From: Octopus sinensis
Taxonomy: Eukaryota
Assembly (NCBI RefSeq): GCF_006345805.1
Contig: NC_043000.1
Coordinates: 80,662,001-80,726,000 of the forward strand
Reading direction: 5' to 3'
DNA: 64,000 bases
The notes below the pieces were generated by a model. That model saw nothing but the letters and a program-made list of their open reading frames with translations, was not told the DNA's origin and made no database searches. Positions 22,601 to 35,072 of the stretch are shown here, piece by piece (the first letter of the stretch is position 1; every line of letters begins with the position of its first letter). Both the position numbers and the translations under genes were made by a program.

Positions 22601-22949
22601 CAAAGAAAAGCAAAACATAATCTTTTCTCTGATGTAGTATATCTAGGACTATATTATTTAGTGTTTATAATGTTTTGTTATTATGTTTTCTTCCAAGAGT
22701 CAACATCCATTGACAAGATTGCAAAAGCAATGAAAACTTTGGAAGAAAATATGTTAAAAAAATATTAAAAAATATAAAAAATATAAAATATAAATAATAA
22801 ATGAGTTGAAAATGAACCAGTGAGTGTGTTAGTTAATAAGGCATTAAGACAATATGACTCTCTCCAGACATGACATAACTTGCTTCAACACACGAAAAGT
22901 ATCTCATAAACCAGATACAAAAATGCAGTAGAATTTAATATGAAGTATA

Positions 22950-23170
22950 TTCCAGTTGGCAAAATGGCAGAATTATTATCATGCTGGATAAAATACTTAG
23001 CAGCAGTTCATTTGTTTTCATGTTCTGAGTTCAAATTCCATTGAGGCTGACTTCGCCTTTCATCATTTTGGGGTCAATGAAATAAGTACCAGCTGAACAC
23101 TGGGGTTGATGTAATCGACTTACCTCCATCCCAAAATTGCTGGTCTTGTGCCAAAAGTTGAAATCAATAA
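22950..23170 (+). mobile_element. Second SINE family (copy also at about 60315-60525)
   Basis: gttctgagttcaaattcca..ctttcatc..ggggtcaat..aagtaccag..ctggcc/tcttgtgccaaaa shared by both loci. Confidence 0.7.
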
Positions 23171-23564
23171 TAGGTAGATTTGGCTGTTATTTCTAGCAGA
23201 TACACTGGTAACATACAAGCACTTACATTGGCACGTGCATGTTTGATTTGATTCTTTTGGTAAACCACAGCTGATTTTTGTGAAGTAATGATGCAATAAC
23301 TGTTGCAGATATCATGCCGGAAATTTTATGAAAACTATTCTAATCTATGATTGATCTATGATTAATTGTAATTAATCATTGATGTCTTTCATTAAAGAAT
23401 AACGAAGCAAGAGAAAAATCAATAATCTATCAAATGTTTTAACTCCATGCTTTATAAGATAAAAAATCCAAACATGTATAGATATATATATAAATACACA
23501 CACACACACACACACATGTATATGCATATGCATGCATATACACATGTGTATGTTTTTATGTGTA

Positions 23565-24720
23565 TCTCTCTATATATAAACGGCAGTTTGTCTGTCTGTG
23601 TGTCTGTGTGTCTGTCAGGTTGTACTCTCACCCTGACCATGGCTTTCAACCGATTCTGATGAAACTTGACACACACATAGCCCAATGTCATAATTCAAAA
23701 CTAACACAGCAAAAATTTTGAAAAGTTTCCCAGTTCTGAATAGAGTCGATAAATTCGACTTGGGGTCGAGAATCTAAGCTTCTTATATGCAACACATTTT
23801 CTGTTGTAGTTTTCGCAACTTGCAATCGATTTTCACCAAACTCATGGTGAAGCTTAATGTTACCCTAAGAAACTTAATTCTGACGTTAGTTTTCCATGCA
23901 ATACCTTACCATCAGAAAAAATCGATAAATTCATGCCATTTTGGGAAATCGCGTTCAAATTCAAGATGACATATTTTCGACAATATCTTTCACAAATTGG
24001 CAGGAATTTTTTTTAAAATTCACAGCGAGCATCATGTCTGCTCCAAGGAACTATATGGCCCTTTTTATTCCAATAGGATACTTTATTACTGGAAAAAAAT
24101 CGGTTAATTAAATCATACGTGGCACACATAGCACACCGATTTGTGTATTAAACACAAACCACAGACTGTCTAAGGGACGCAACTCGACCTTTTTAACTCT
24201 CGAAACACGTTGGGTAAGTATCCCAAAATGTATAAAAATGTACAAAAACGGAAAAAAAGCAGGCAGCAATGTGAGTGACAACAACAATAAAGTCAAAAGT
24301 GACCAAACTGAACAAACGAATGGAAAAGGTTTTTTGGTGCACACGACAAAAGCAGTTTATAATAAACCAAGAGTTTGCAAGTAGTGTCCGAGGACCCTTA
24401 GGGTACGTCAAAAATTTAAGGTAAAACGTTAGGGGTGGTAGTTATAAAGAAAGTTTAAACAAAAAAAGTATTCAAATAACTTGCGGCTGCAGCAGCTATT
24501 AGCAGAAGTTGGGGGTAAAGTCTCGAATGTAATTTCTTCCTGGTAGGAATTGGTTGGGTTGAATTATCGATAGCTGTTTGATAGTTATTTGGGAGTGAAG
24601 AGAAGACATTGCAACCTACACATGCGCCTTCATTCCCTAGAGAGAAAGGACTAGATTGGGATTAGTCATTGCCTACTAGGGGCACTTACATACCCGGGCA
24701 ACGCCGGGCTATGCTGCTAG
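23565..24720 (+). mobile_element. Complete non-autonomous Helitron, 1156 bp
   Basis: A|TC 5' end at 23565; 3' hairpin CCCGG-gcaacg-CCGGG (24693-24708), then CTAG (24717-24720)|T; subterminal gtctgtctg and aaccgattctgatgaaacttg motifs; CpG-rich relative to flanks. Confidence 0.85.
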
Positions 24721-24889
24721 TATATAAATATAACATTACAGAAAACTGAAACAGATCTTAGACCATTACTACTCCAAGCTTCATGTTACTGATTTTTCAT
24801 TAGAGATTGAGGAAGAAATAAAATCTTTGTTTTAATGCCTGTTTTTATTAACTTGTCTTATGCATTGAATACTTTCTTACTTATATATA

Positions 24890-24942
<53 letters not shown>

Positions 24943-25248
24943 TGGTGTCTCTGTCCTCCACTACTGCTTGACAACTGTACATTATGCACAGGCACACTGA
25001 TATAAGTAAGAAAGTATTCAATGCATAAGACAAGTTAATAAAAACAGGCATTAAAACAAAGATTTTATTTCTTCCTCAATCTCTAATGAAAAATCAGTAA
25101 CATGAAGCTTGGAGTAGTAATGGTCTAAGATCTGTTTCAGTTTTCTGTAATGTTATATTTATATACTAGCAGCATAGCCCGGCGTTGCCCGGGTATGTAA
25201 GTGCCCCTAGTAGGCAATGACTAATCCCAATCTAGTCCTTTCTCTCTA
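24638..25248. repeat. Perfect 249-bp inverted repeat (24638-24886 / 25000-25248) with 113-bp spacer
   Basis: Arms read as exact reverse complements by eye. Confidence 0.92.
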
Positions 25249-25337
25249 TATATATATGTATGTATATATATATATGTATATGAAAACATACTTACATACA
25301 TACACACACACACATATATACATACATATATATAGAC

Positions 25338-25736
25338 AGTGGCTGTGTGGTAAGTAGCTTGCTAACCAGCCACATGGTTCCGGGTTCAGTCACACTGCAT
25401 GGCATCTTGGGCAAGTGTCTTCTGCTATAGCCCCGGGCCGACCAATGCCTTGTGATTGGATTTGGTAGACGGAAACTGAAAGAAGCCTGTCGTATATATG
25501 TATATATATATATGTATGTGTGTGTTTGTGTGTCTGTGTTTGTCCCCCTAGCATTGCTTGACAACCGATGCTGGTGTGTTTATGTCCCCGTCACTTAGCA
25601 GTTCGGCAAAAAAGAGACCGATAGAATAAGTACTGGGCTTACAAAGAATAAGTCCCGGGGTCAATTTGCTCGACTAAAGGCGGTGCTCCAGCATGGCCGC
25701 AGTCAAATGAATGAAACAAGTAAAAGAGTGAAAGAG
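25338..25736 (+). mobile_element. Major SINE, young subfamily, full length
   Basis: Near-identical to 20688-21087. Confidence 0.92.
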
Positions 25737-25989
25737 TATATATACACATATATGTTATATATATGTATATATATATAATACACACACACACTCTCACACA
25801 CACACACACACATGCACACACACACACACACGCACACACACACACACATATATATAAAGAGAGAGACTTAGAGATATAGAGAGTTACATAGATTCATGGT
25901 AAGATAGATAGACAATAAAACAGTTGAATAGACAAATTGATAGTTAGATAGATAGATAAGCAAAACGAAATTCAGATATATTTTGACAT

Positions 25990-27744
25990 GTATTTGTCAA
26001 AAAGATTCAGACACACAAGTGAGGATGATAGAGATGTAGCCCTCCTGATACAGGATGATTACAAGGGATAATTGAGGAACCTCACTGTCTGAGATTTACC
26101 TGAATACCCAGAGCAAGTACCCTCTCCAATTCCTTCTCTCCAACTCACAGGTCAACACTGAGAGAGGTACCGTACACTCTTGTCATTTTCCCAACTTTCA
26201 CCCACCTTTCAATAAACTCATTCGAGGACAGCACTTCCCTCTCCACTCTCAATTTCTTTTTCAAGTGAAAGTTGATGAAGTCAGTGTAAGCTCTGCCAAA
26301 GAGGAATGTATCTGTCCTCATGCTTTTCAGCCTTATCTACTAAACAACCTCTTTCACCACAGCCAACAGGCAAAGGAAAACTGCCTTGCTTTGCCTGATT
26401 GAAAGAGGGCAGTGGGGCAATCATCACTACAGATGGATCTGTTCCACATGTGACAGCAGCTGTTTGACATAATCCCATAAGTCAACAATGCACTGACACT
26501 GAACGAGTGAATGCAGAATGGTTTTGTCACTCTGCATGCACCTTGGACAAGACCATCTGACAGTACATCCATGCTCATAGAGTTTATCTTGAACTGGTAG
26601 TGCTTTCCAGTAGCACTACCAGGCCCAGAACATCTTGAAATTATCCATGATAGTTCCTGACCAGAAAGTCCTCCAGAACAGATGAGCCAGTTTGTTTTAG
26701 TTAGTACCTAGAGTCTCCCTGAGAATGTCATTACATTTCCCCACTATTAATCCTCTATAAATTTTAAAATCAAAATGCCCAACAATCTCATCGCCTGACT
26801 GGTAGAGGGCTGTGAGTGCCTGATGACATTCTAAGCACCAGGTGCCCAGTCTTGGTCTTACCTTCACCCAGAACTGCAACACCATCAAGGAGACAAGCTG
26901 CGGAAAGACATGCCTCACAAATGGAGCCCACACATGCTCACCATCCAGAAATTGTTGCAGGTGGCATAACCTAAGCATGTGTCTGCACATTAGGAGTCAC
27001 AGCATACCTAATCTGCCAATCAGAGGATGCTGGCAGCAGACTGACTGCCTGACCACTGGAATGCATCCCTTCCATTAGAATTCAAATAAGAAATGCTTCA
27101 ACCTGGTAACCAGCATGACAGTCAGGCAATAAATGGTAATAGAAGTGATGTAGGCATTCACCACTTCTACCCACCCTTTCAGGAACAGCTTCCTCTGAGC
27201 CCATTTCTGAGTAAGACTGACCACCCTGTTCACCATCTTGTCTCAGTTCTTATCAACTTGGAGGTCAGGACCACACCAGGCCCCAAACAGTTTAACTGGT
27301 CCATTGATCCAGCATCTGCCACCACTGTTTGATGGCATCATGGTGTCAGATACGGCCAAAGTGGACTTTGGTGGTATCTGACACCATGATGGTGACATCA
27401 TCCACATATGCTGACACTGCCCTTCCCTGTCCCAGATTGAAAGAGATGCCCTTAGTTGCTCCAACTTCTACAGCAGTGGCTTGAGTGCCAATACATACAG
27501 AAGAGGTGACAGCAGGCAGCCCTGACAGACCAAGTGTGTGATGCCAAATAGTTCTGATAGGCGACTGTCTACTTTGACCACTGAACAGGTGCTGCTGTGC
27601 ATTGTAGTGATCCAGCCTCTGAAAACAGGACTGAAACTGCCTGCTTTCAGGACAGCTTCCAAGTAGCAATGGTCAACCCTGTCGAATGCTTTCAATTGAT
27701 CCAAATTGATCAGAGCACCCCCGAAGCTAGCTTTGGCCCCAGAC
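25990..27744 (-). mobile_element. 5'-truncated decayed L1/Tx1-clade LINE (RT to C-terminus and 3' UTR)
   Basis: GALINLDQLKAFDRVDHCYL..VCQGCLLSPLLYVLALKPLL; SAYVDDVTIMVSD; GPVKLFGAWCGPDLQ. Confidence 0.85.
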
Positions 27745-27904
27745 AATAATAATAGTATCAACAACAACCACAACAACAATAAGAAGAACAGGAATATGAA
27801 TATATTTTATATGCCAGGGTGATGCATGCAGGGGACAATTAAAGGCAATAACAATAATAATAATATTAATGATGAGGATGATGATAGTTTAAACAATTGT
27901 TAAA

Positions 27905-27935
27905 AATAACGATAATAATAACAACAATAATAATG

Positions 27936-28017
<82 letters not shown>
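27905..28017. repeat. (AAT)n microsatellite
   Basis: Direct inspection. Confidence 0.95.
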
Positions 28018-28518
28018 GTATGAAAAACAGATTGATGATGTATAAATATTTTATCACAAGGTATAGAAATGAAAATTAATCTATCAAGATGGTTAAGAAT
28101 GGTAACACAAAAATATAATGAAAAGCTAGCAATAACAAGAATCAAACTGGAATGAATGGTACAAAATATTAAACAAAATGAAAAAATCAATGAGAATTTT
28201 TATATTTAAAAAAAATTGGTATTTCATAGAATTTACACATAAGAAAATGGCTTTGGTTTGGAAATAAAAGGTGATTTCTTGAAGAATCGAAAGCAAATAG
28301 AAAAAACAAAATGTTATTTCTTCATTTTCAAGGATAAAAGCATTTTGATGACTTTAATGAGTTTGTTTAGTATTTTTACAGAATTTTCTAGAATGTATAT
28401 GTATATATATATTCAAGGAATTTCCATAGAAAGGAAACAATGAGAATGAATTGAATAGAATTTTATAATGGTCTGACTTTTTGATATTTGTGTTGCTATT
28501 GAAGTTGTTGTCATTGTT

Positions 28519-28550
<32 letters not shown>

Positions 28551-29574
28551 ATGTGGTGGTGGTGGTGGTGGTGGTGGTGGTGGCGGCGGCAGTGGTGGTG
28601 GTGGCATTTTGGGTGGTGGTGGTTCTGCTACTGCTGTTGATGGTGGTGATGTGAAGTGTAGCCCCAGGTTAACCTGATAGAGCAAACCTTTCATCAAAAG
28701 TGCTCCATCCATGACCATCCTGAGCAATCAGACCTTCTATTAAGTTTGTGTTCCAACAATGACCATCCAAGCTTTTTTTCCCAATCCATAAGTATTGAAT
28801 ACAAAGAACTTGCAAAGACTAGAAAGAAATTAAGCTTGCATGTTTTCCTGAATGTGTTTTGTAAGTGTGCACGAGCAACAGAGTATCCACCCAACTAAGC
28901 AAGCAACCATAGTAAAACAACATTAAAATATTGCTAGTGATGAAGGGGGTGGTGGCAGCATAATATGACCATATTTGCTCTTTTTCCTTGTAAAAATTAT
29001 ACACGTCTCTCCAGCTTCTCATTGGTTGCTAACCCCTCTCTTGTGTAAATTATGAGTAACAGAAACAACTCCAATTGACTCAACACAAAACATTGTTTGT
29101 TAAGTGTTATCTAATCAGTGGACATGATTCTATCATGTGGCATTGTTCACTCCACCATCTTTTATTATTTAAAATTTTGTTGATTCATCCAGAGGAGACA
29201 CTTGATGGACTTCACCAGGTGACATTAGATATACATCAACTATTTGTTGTGAATGTACCCTTTTCATTTTAGCCCACTTACTGTGGTACCGATGGTTCAT
29301 TTTGCATCATGGACATTTGAGGTTACAGCTCACCATTTTGCACTTTGGTTTGGAATCGTTGCAATGTTTTCTTCATTCATTTATAAAGTTATTATCTGAG
29401 CACAGTATCATTATTCGTCTAATGTTATAACAGTAACCACATATCTTCTCTACAGTAGGCACTTGTTCTAGCTGCTTCCTTCATACACTAACTTTGCATC
29501 ACCTAATATAAAGCTGCCTCTCTCTTTACTGTAGCTTCATTCATTCGAAGAGCATCTTAGTCTTGCAAGATACA

Positions 29575-29790
29575 TGACAACCTCACTAGTGCTGGTGCTG
29601 CAAAAAACAATTAAATAAATAAAAAGAAAGCATCCACAACACTCTATAAAGTGGTTGGCATGAGTAAGGATGTCCAGTTATAAAAACCATGCCAAAGCAA
29701 ATACTGGAATATGGTGCAATCCTCCAACCCATTCAACCAATACCAGGATGGAAGTCAGATGTTTAAAAGATGATAATGACGATGACGATG
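29575..29790 (+). mobile_element. RTE 3' UTR tip with (GAT)n tail; similar tips at about 31410-31620(-), 32390-32480(-), 36575-36795(+), 42280-42460(+), 43360-43750(+), 45185-45640(-), 58840-59050(-)
   Basis: Shared gtggttggc.ttagg/aagggcatcca..accatgcca..catgga..cagat.ttaaatgatgat motifs. Confidence 0.65.
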
Positions 29791-30644
29791 ATGATGATGA
29801 TGATGAGGAGGAGGAGGAGGGGGAGAACATAATATAATACATATATGTATTATATTATAAAGAGAGGGAAAATGAGAAAGATACACACACACACACATGT
29901 ATATATATGTATGTGTGTGTGTCTCTGTGCATGTGTGCATGTGTGTGCACTGTGCACATATGTATGTGTAGGTATGCATATGCATATATATATGGATTTA
30001 CTATATATATATGTGTGTATGTGTCCACACACACACACACATATGCATATATATATATGTGTGTGTGTGTGCGTACATATATACATGCATATATGTACAT
30101 AGATACACTAACACACACACACATATACACACATAATCAGCTAAAATTGGTTTAGGGATTTAATCAGATGAATACAATCGGAAGATATACAAGGATAGTA
30201 AGAGACAAGATTTACAGACTTTTGATGAAGAAACGTTTTATTTTTGTTATTTGTTAAATTACCCAATGTGATAGAAATTTAATGTATTTCTTAAAATCTA
30301 TTATCGACTAGAATCACTTTAGGGGTGTAATCAGGCATATACAATCGGAAGACATTGTACATTCTTGCCAAACTGTACACATGAGGCAGATGGCCCTGAT
30401 AATGAAATTCTTGAAGATGTATAAGAATAGTAGAGACAAGATGAGCAAACTTTCAGTGAATAAATTCTTGTCATCACCATCTCATCTTTAATTGAGATAT
30501 AGTTTATCTCAGATTACATTATCCAATTATCCAATATATTCAACAAACTAGGGCAGTGGTTCTCATATGCTGCACTACAGTACACTGGTGCTAATGCACC
30601 ACAAGGGGTGTCTAGAGGTGCAAGAAATTTTTTTAAATATAGCC

Positions 30645-31037
30645 ATAAGTGTGCCTGTATGATAAGAAGCTTGCTTCCCAACCACATGATTCCAGCTTCA
30701 GTTCTACGGTATGGCATCTTGGGCAAGTGTTCTCAACTATAGCCTCAGGCCAACCAAAGCTTTGTGACTGGATTTGGTAGTCAGAAATTGAAAGTGGCTT
30801 GTAATGCATATAATATGTGTGTGTGTTTGTCTTTGTGTCTGCGTTTACCCCACCACCACCACCACTGACTGACAACCGGTGTTGGTATGTTTATATCCCC
30901 ATAATTTAGTGGTTCGGCAGAAGATATAAGTAACAGGCTTGAATAACTAATCAATAACTGGTGTTGATTTGATTAAAAGTTCTTCAAGGTGGTGCCCCAG
31001 CATGGCCACAGTCTAATGACTGAAACAAATAAAAGGC
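30645..31037 (+). mobile_element. Major SINE copy
   Basis: aagaagcttgcttcccaaccacatg..ggtggtgccccagcatggccacagtctaatgactgaaac. Confidence 0.85.
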
Positions 31038-31949
31038 ATAATTGAAGTATTTAGAAATTCTAAACTATTACTTAAGCATCTTGAAAAATGTATTACTGCA
31101 AAGTTTGTTGTTCACAAATATACGAAAGGTGCAGACATGTCTGTATGGTTAAGATGTTTGCTTGCAACCATGTTATTTCAAGTTCAATTTCACTCGATGG
31201 CACTTAGGCTAGTGTTTTCTAGTATAGACTTAGTTTGAGGCTATAAATAGCATGGCTGTGCAATTAAAAAGTTTAGCTTTTCAAGTTTCAAGTTCAGTAT
31301 CACTGTGTGGTCTCTTTGGCAACTATCTTCAAATAATGCCCAGAGTAGCCAACACTTTCTTAGTGGATTTAATAGATGGAAACTAAAAGATGTCCATCGT
31401 CGTCATCATCATCATCATCATCATCCTTAATCATCATTATCTTTTAATGCTTATCTTCCATACTGCCATGAGTTGGATGGTTTAATAGAATCTGTTGGAT
31501 TGGAAGACTATGTCATGCTCCAATATCTGCTTTGGTATGGTTTCTATGGATGGAAGCCCATCTTAACATTAATTACTTTACAGAATGTATTAGATGCTCT
31601 TTTTCTTGGCACCAGCACTAATGAAGTTATCATTCAGTTTGAAAAACTAAGGTCCTTTTCAACTGAGATGGGCTGCAGTAGAAAGAGAGGAAGCTTAAAC
31701 TAAGTGATGAACTGTTACAGTAAGAGGCTTGAACAGGTTTCTTGCTGCAGAGGAGATACATGGCTGCTAACATTATGTGTATGTGAGTAATCAATGTGGA
31801 GCTGGAGAGATAAAAATTGTAGTGACAAAGTGTCAGGTTGGGCTCTGAAGGCTGAGGCAGGAAGAAGGGGTAGGGAGTCTATAGACTGAGTAAGAGTTGG
31901 TTAGCAATTGGGTGGAGGTATGAATATACTGAGTAATAAACAAAAATTG

Positions 31950-31998
31950 AGGTGGAGGGGTTGATGATAAATACAAGTTGGGTGGAAAGCAGAGAAGA

Positions 31999-32036
<38 letters not shown>

Positions 32037-32370
32037 GATGATAATGAGGGTTCATAGATAAATGCTGTGAATGATGGGTGTGTCACCAATGGTGCATAAG
32101 AGTCGGTTGAAGAGCTTGAGGAGAAAAGGTGCTGACTGGCAGTAGATGAGGAGTGAAGAGCAGCAAAATAGCAATAATACAGCAAACAAGAGAAGGATGA
32201 ATGAAAGGGAAATGATGTGTGGATGTGTGAGTTGAGTGGAGAGATAAGTGTAGTGTATGGAGAGAGTGAGAGATGTAATGGTGGTGTGGCCAAGTCAACA
32301 GGAAGTGGATCAGTGGAGAAGGAGAGGAAGAGATAATTTGGTAACAGAAGAAGTGCTGAGTGATCAATGT
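31950..32370 (-). mobile_element. Possible very old L2/CR1-like remnant (similar purine-rich tract at about 59100-59700)
   Basis: Weak: minus-strand LLYYCYFAALHSSST resembles L2/CR1 C-terminal LFYRYY motif. Confidence 0.25.
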
Positions 32371-32559
32371 AAAATGGGAGTTACATTAATTATCATCATC
32401 ATTTAACATCCATTTTCTATGCTGGCATGGATTGGATGCTTTGACCAGAGCAGGTAAGCTGGAGCACTACACCTGATGGCATAGGTTATGGCACCGTTAT
32501 TCATACTGTCTATCAGATTATACAGGAAAGTGCCGTAGCCAATAACTAGTGTAGCAGCA

Positions 32560-32740
32560 TTATAGTTAATTGTTACAAGGGCGTCTTTCCAAGCCATTTC
32601 CTTTCATTTGTATAGACTTGTCTACTACATTCTTCCATCATTGCATCACCCTCAATCTGGCTGAACTTTTATACTAACCAGATTTAGTATGTAGCCCTCT
32701 GTAGGTTGTCCTGCAGGAACTTGCAGTTGTTCTCTGTGTT
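32560..32740 (-). mobile_element. Old RTE internal fragment
   Basis: Minus-strand gagaacaactgcaagttcctgcaggacaacctacagagggc aligns with 16003-16045. Confidence 0.55.
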
Positions 32741-32787
32741 ATACATCTATCTCCTCCTCCTTTGTCAGCGTCGGCGTCACCACCACC

Positions 32788-32821
<34 letters not shown>

Positions 32822-33179
32822 TCATCAAATGCTTCCACAAGAACTTTTCTAAAACTCTAACTGCCCAATGGAGCTTTAAGCTTCCATATCTCTTTTTATT
32901 GTACTGATTTGTGTCACTGAGTTTTTGTAACTCTAACTCTGAAGTCACCAGCCACTAACTGATGTTGGGTTGTACAGTCTTCACCAGGATAGAATTTTGC
33001 ATTTACAGCCATCTGTCTCTACCTATTCCTTCTCACTAGAAATATTGAGTGAGAATGTAGTCAATCTGGCTTGTTTACACACAAGAGTGATAACGGATTG
33101 GGTGACAGGCTGGTATATTGAAGTTAGTGTTGCAGATCATTAAGTCCTTTGCATTAAAAAAAACCCAATAGTTTTGTGA

Positions 33180-33505
33180 AGGTGCATAGTTCAGTGGTTT
33201 GAGCATCGAGCTTACGATCATCAGGTCGTGTGTCCAAATCCCAGACCAGGCTGCTTGTTGTGTTCTTGAGCAAGACACTTTATTTCATGTTGCTTCAGTT
33301 CACTCAGCTGTAGAAATGAGTCACAGGTGCCAAGCTGTATCGGCCTTTGTCTTTCCCTTGGATAACACTGATGGCATGGAGACGGAAGGTCAGTATGCAT
33401 GGGCGACTGCTGGTCTTCCATAAACAACCTTGCCCAGACTTGTGCCTAGGAGGGTAACTTTCTAGATGCAATCCCATGGTTAGTCATGACCGAAGGGGGT
33501 CTCAG
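33180..33505 (+). mobile_element. Third tRNA-head SINE family (related head and central domain at about 59780-60100)
   Basis: A/B-box-like head, then cttgagcaagacactttatttcatgttgcttcagttcactcagctg, shared with 59865-59910. Confidence 0.75.
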
Positions 33506-33891
33506 TAGTATTCTTCTCTCCTCGTTTTCATAATGAAATCTGTATCCTCCACTTACAAAACAGGATCCATTAGGGTACTGCAGTCATATCATTCATTGTG
33601 TGTGTGCGCGTGTGTGTGTGTGTGTGTTTGGTGAGGAGTATGTTGTGTTTGTGTCCTTGTCTACACATCACATGACAGTTGCAAATGAGTGTCACAATCT
33701 TACAAGTGGTGTTGTTCGTTTCCAGTTTAGTATGCAAATTACAGTAAAATAATACATTGCTTGGAAACCAGTTAATGTTGGCAAGCAGTAAGAGCTTCTG
33801 GCTGAAGAAAATCTGCTTCAGAGAATTACATTTGACCTACACAAGCAAGGAAAAGTGGAAATTAAACCTATGATAATGAATTATATATATA

Positions 33892-33929
<38 letters not shown>

Positions 33930-34901
33930 TTAGGAAGTCAAAAATTATGGCTGGTCATAAAGTGACCATTGGCTTCACACTTATAAAGCGTTTAGCAGTA
34001 TAGCTGACTCATCAGATTGAAATAGCTGAAGGCACAATCTCTCTACAACTAGAGGAAAAAATACATAATGGTCAGTTGGCTTGTAAAGGAAAATATGCAA
34101 AAAATAAATGTGCATGATGGAATAAAGTACCTTACTTGAGAGCCAATAAAGTTTGGCATCAAAATGGATATCTAGCTACAGAATACTTCTTCAAGAAGTC
34201 TCCTTTTAGCAGGCCTAAAACCGATGATGGTGATTATGACAAGTGCAGTTAATAAAATAAGATAAGCTTTCTATATATTTTTCTAAATTTTTAATATTAA
34301 AAGCATGGATGTATATTCCAGTTGCTATATTGGTGCTATGCACATCAAAATGTTTTCCCCATTTTAATTTATTAATGTATACTTAATAAACTGCATTAGA
34401 AGTTTTAATGCTATGCTCTAGTATGAATTTAAAATATTACGGACAAACTCATCAAAAGTTGCTCAGTGGTTAAGAAAATTTATAGAAAACTATGATAAAA
34501 AACAGCTTCCTTGAAGTCTCTTTGATCTTCGGTGTTCTGTGAACTGAAAAAGGTTAAGATCTAAGGAAAATTTGGCTGCTATTTCTTTCTGGACAGATCA
34601 CTACAAAGAGGTTCCTTCATTTCTTTCCTTTATATATAAAAATCAGTGTTATATATAAAAATCAGTGGAAACTACAATTCTTGCAGGAAGCAACTGAATG
34701 ATTAATAACAAAGTGAAAATTCCTTGAAGAAGAGTTTTAATTTCACTTCCTTCTTTAGAATTCCAAATGACAAGAAAGGATATTCTTTAAATTATTCAGT
34801 GTAAACTTTAGGATTTGTCATATTTTGTACCAAAATGTCTTAAACTGTTCCATCATTCAAGCTGGAAATAAATATTTTCAATCCAATATTCACTTGCTTT
34901 G

Positions 34902-34904
<3 letters not shown>

Positions 34905-34964
<60 letters not shown>

Positions 34965-35020
34965 TATTATTATTATTATCATTATCATTATTATCCTTAT
35001 CCTTATCATTATTATTATTA

Positions 35021-35071
<51 letters not shown>
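34905..35071. repeat. (TAT)n microsatellite
   Basis: Direct inspection. Confidence 0.95.

Positions 35072-35072
<1 letters not shown>

Noticed and set aside
29273-29399. Acceptor ttttcattttag followed by a hydrophobic 41-codon frame, and an opposite-strand GTAAGT donor
   Set aside because: The frame ends in a stop with no strong donor; the minus strand weakly resembles an ancient RTE C-terminus. Needs RNA-seq.
33180-33255. tRNA-like sequences here and at other SINE heads
   Set aside because: The cloverleaf is incomplete or degenerate and each is followed by SINE body sequence, so they are not tRNA genes.
34136-34222. Minus-strand candidate exon ttttag|GCCTGC..CAA|GTAAGG
   Set aside because: Stops in all three frames and a weak polypyrimidine tract.
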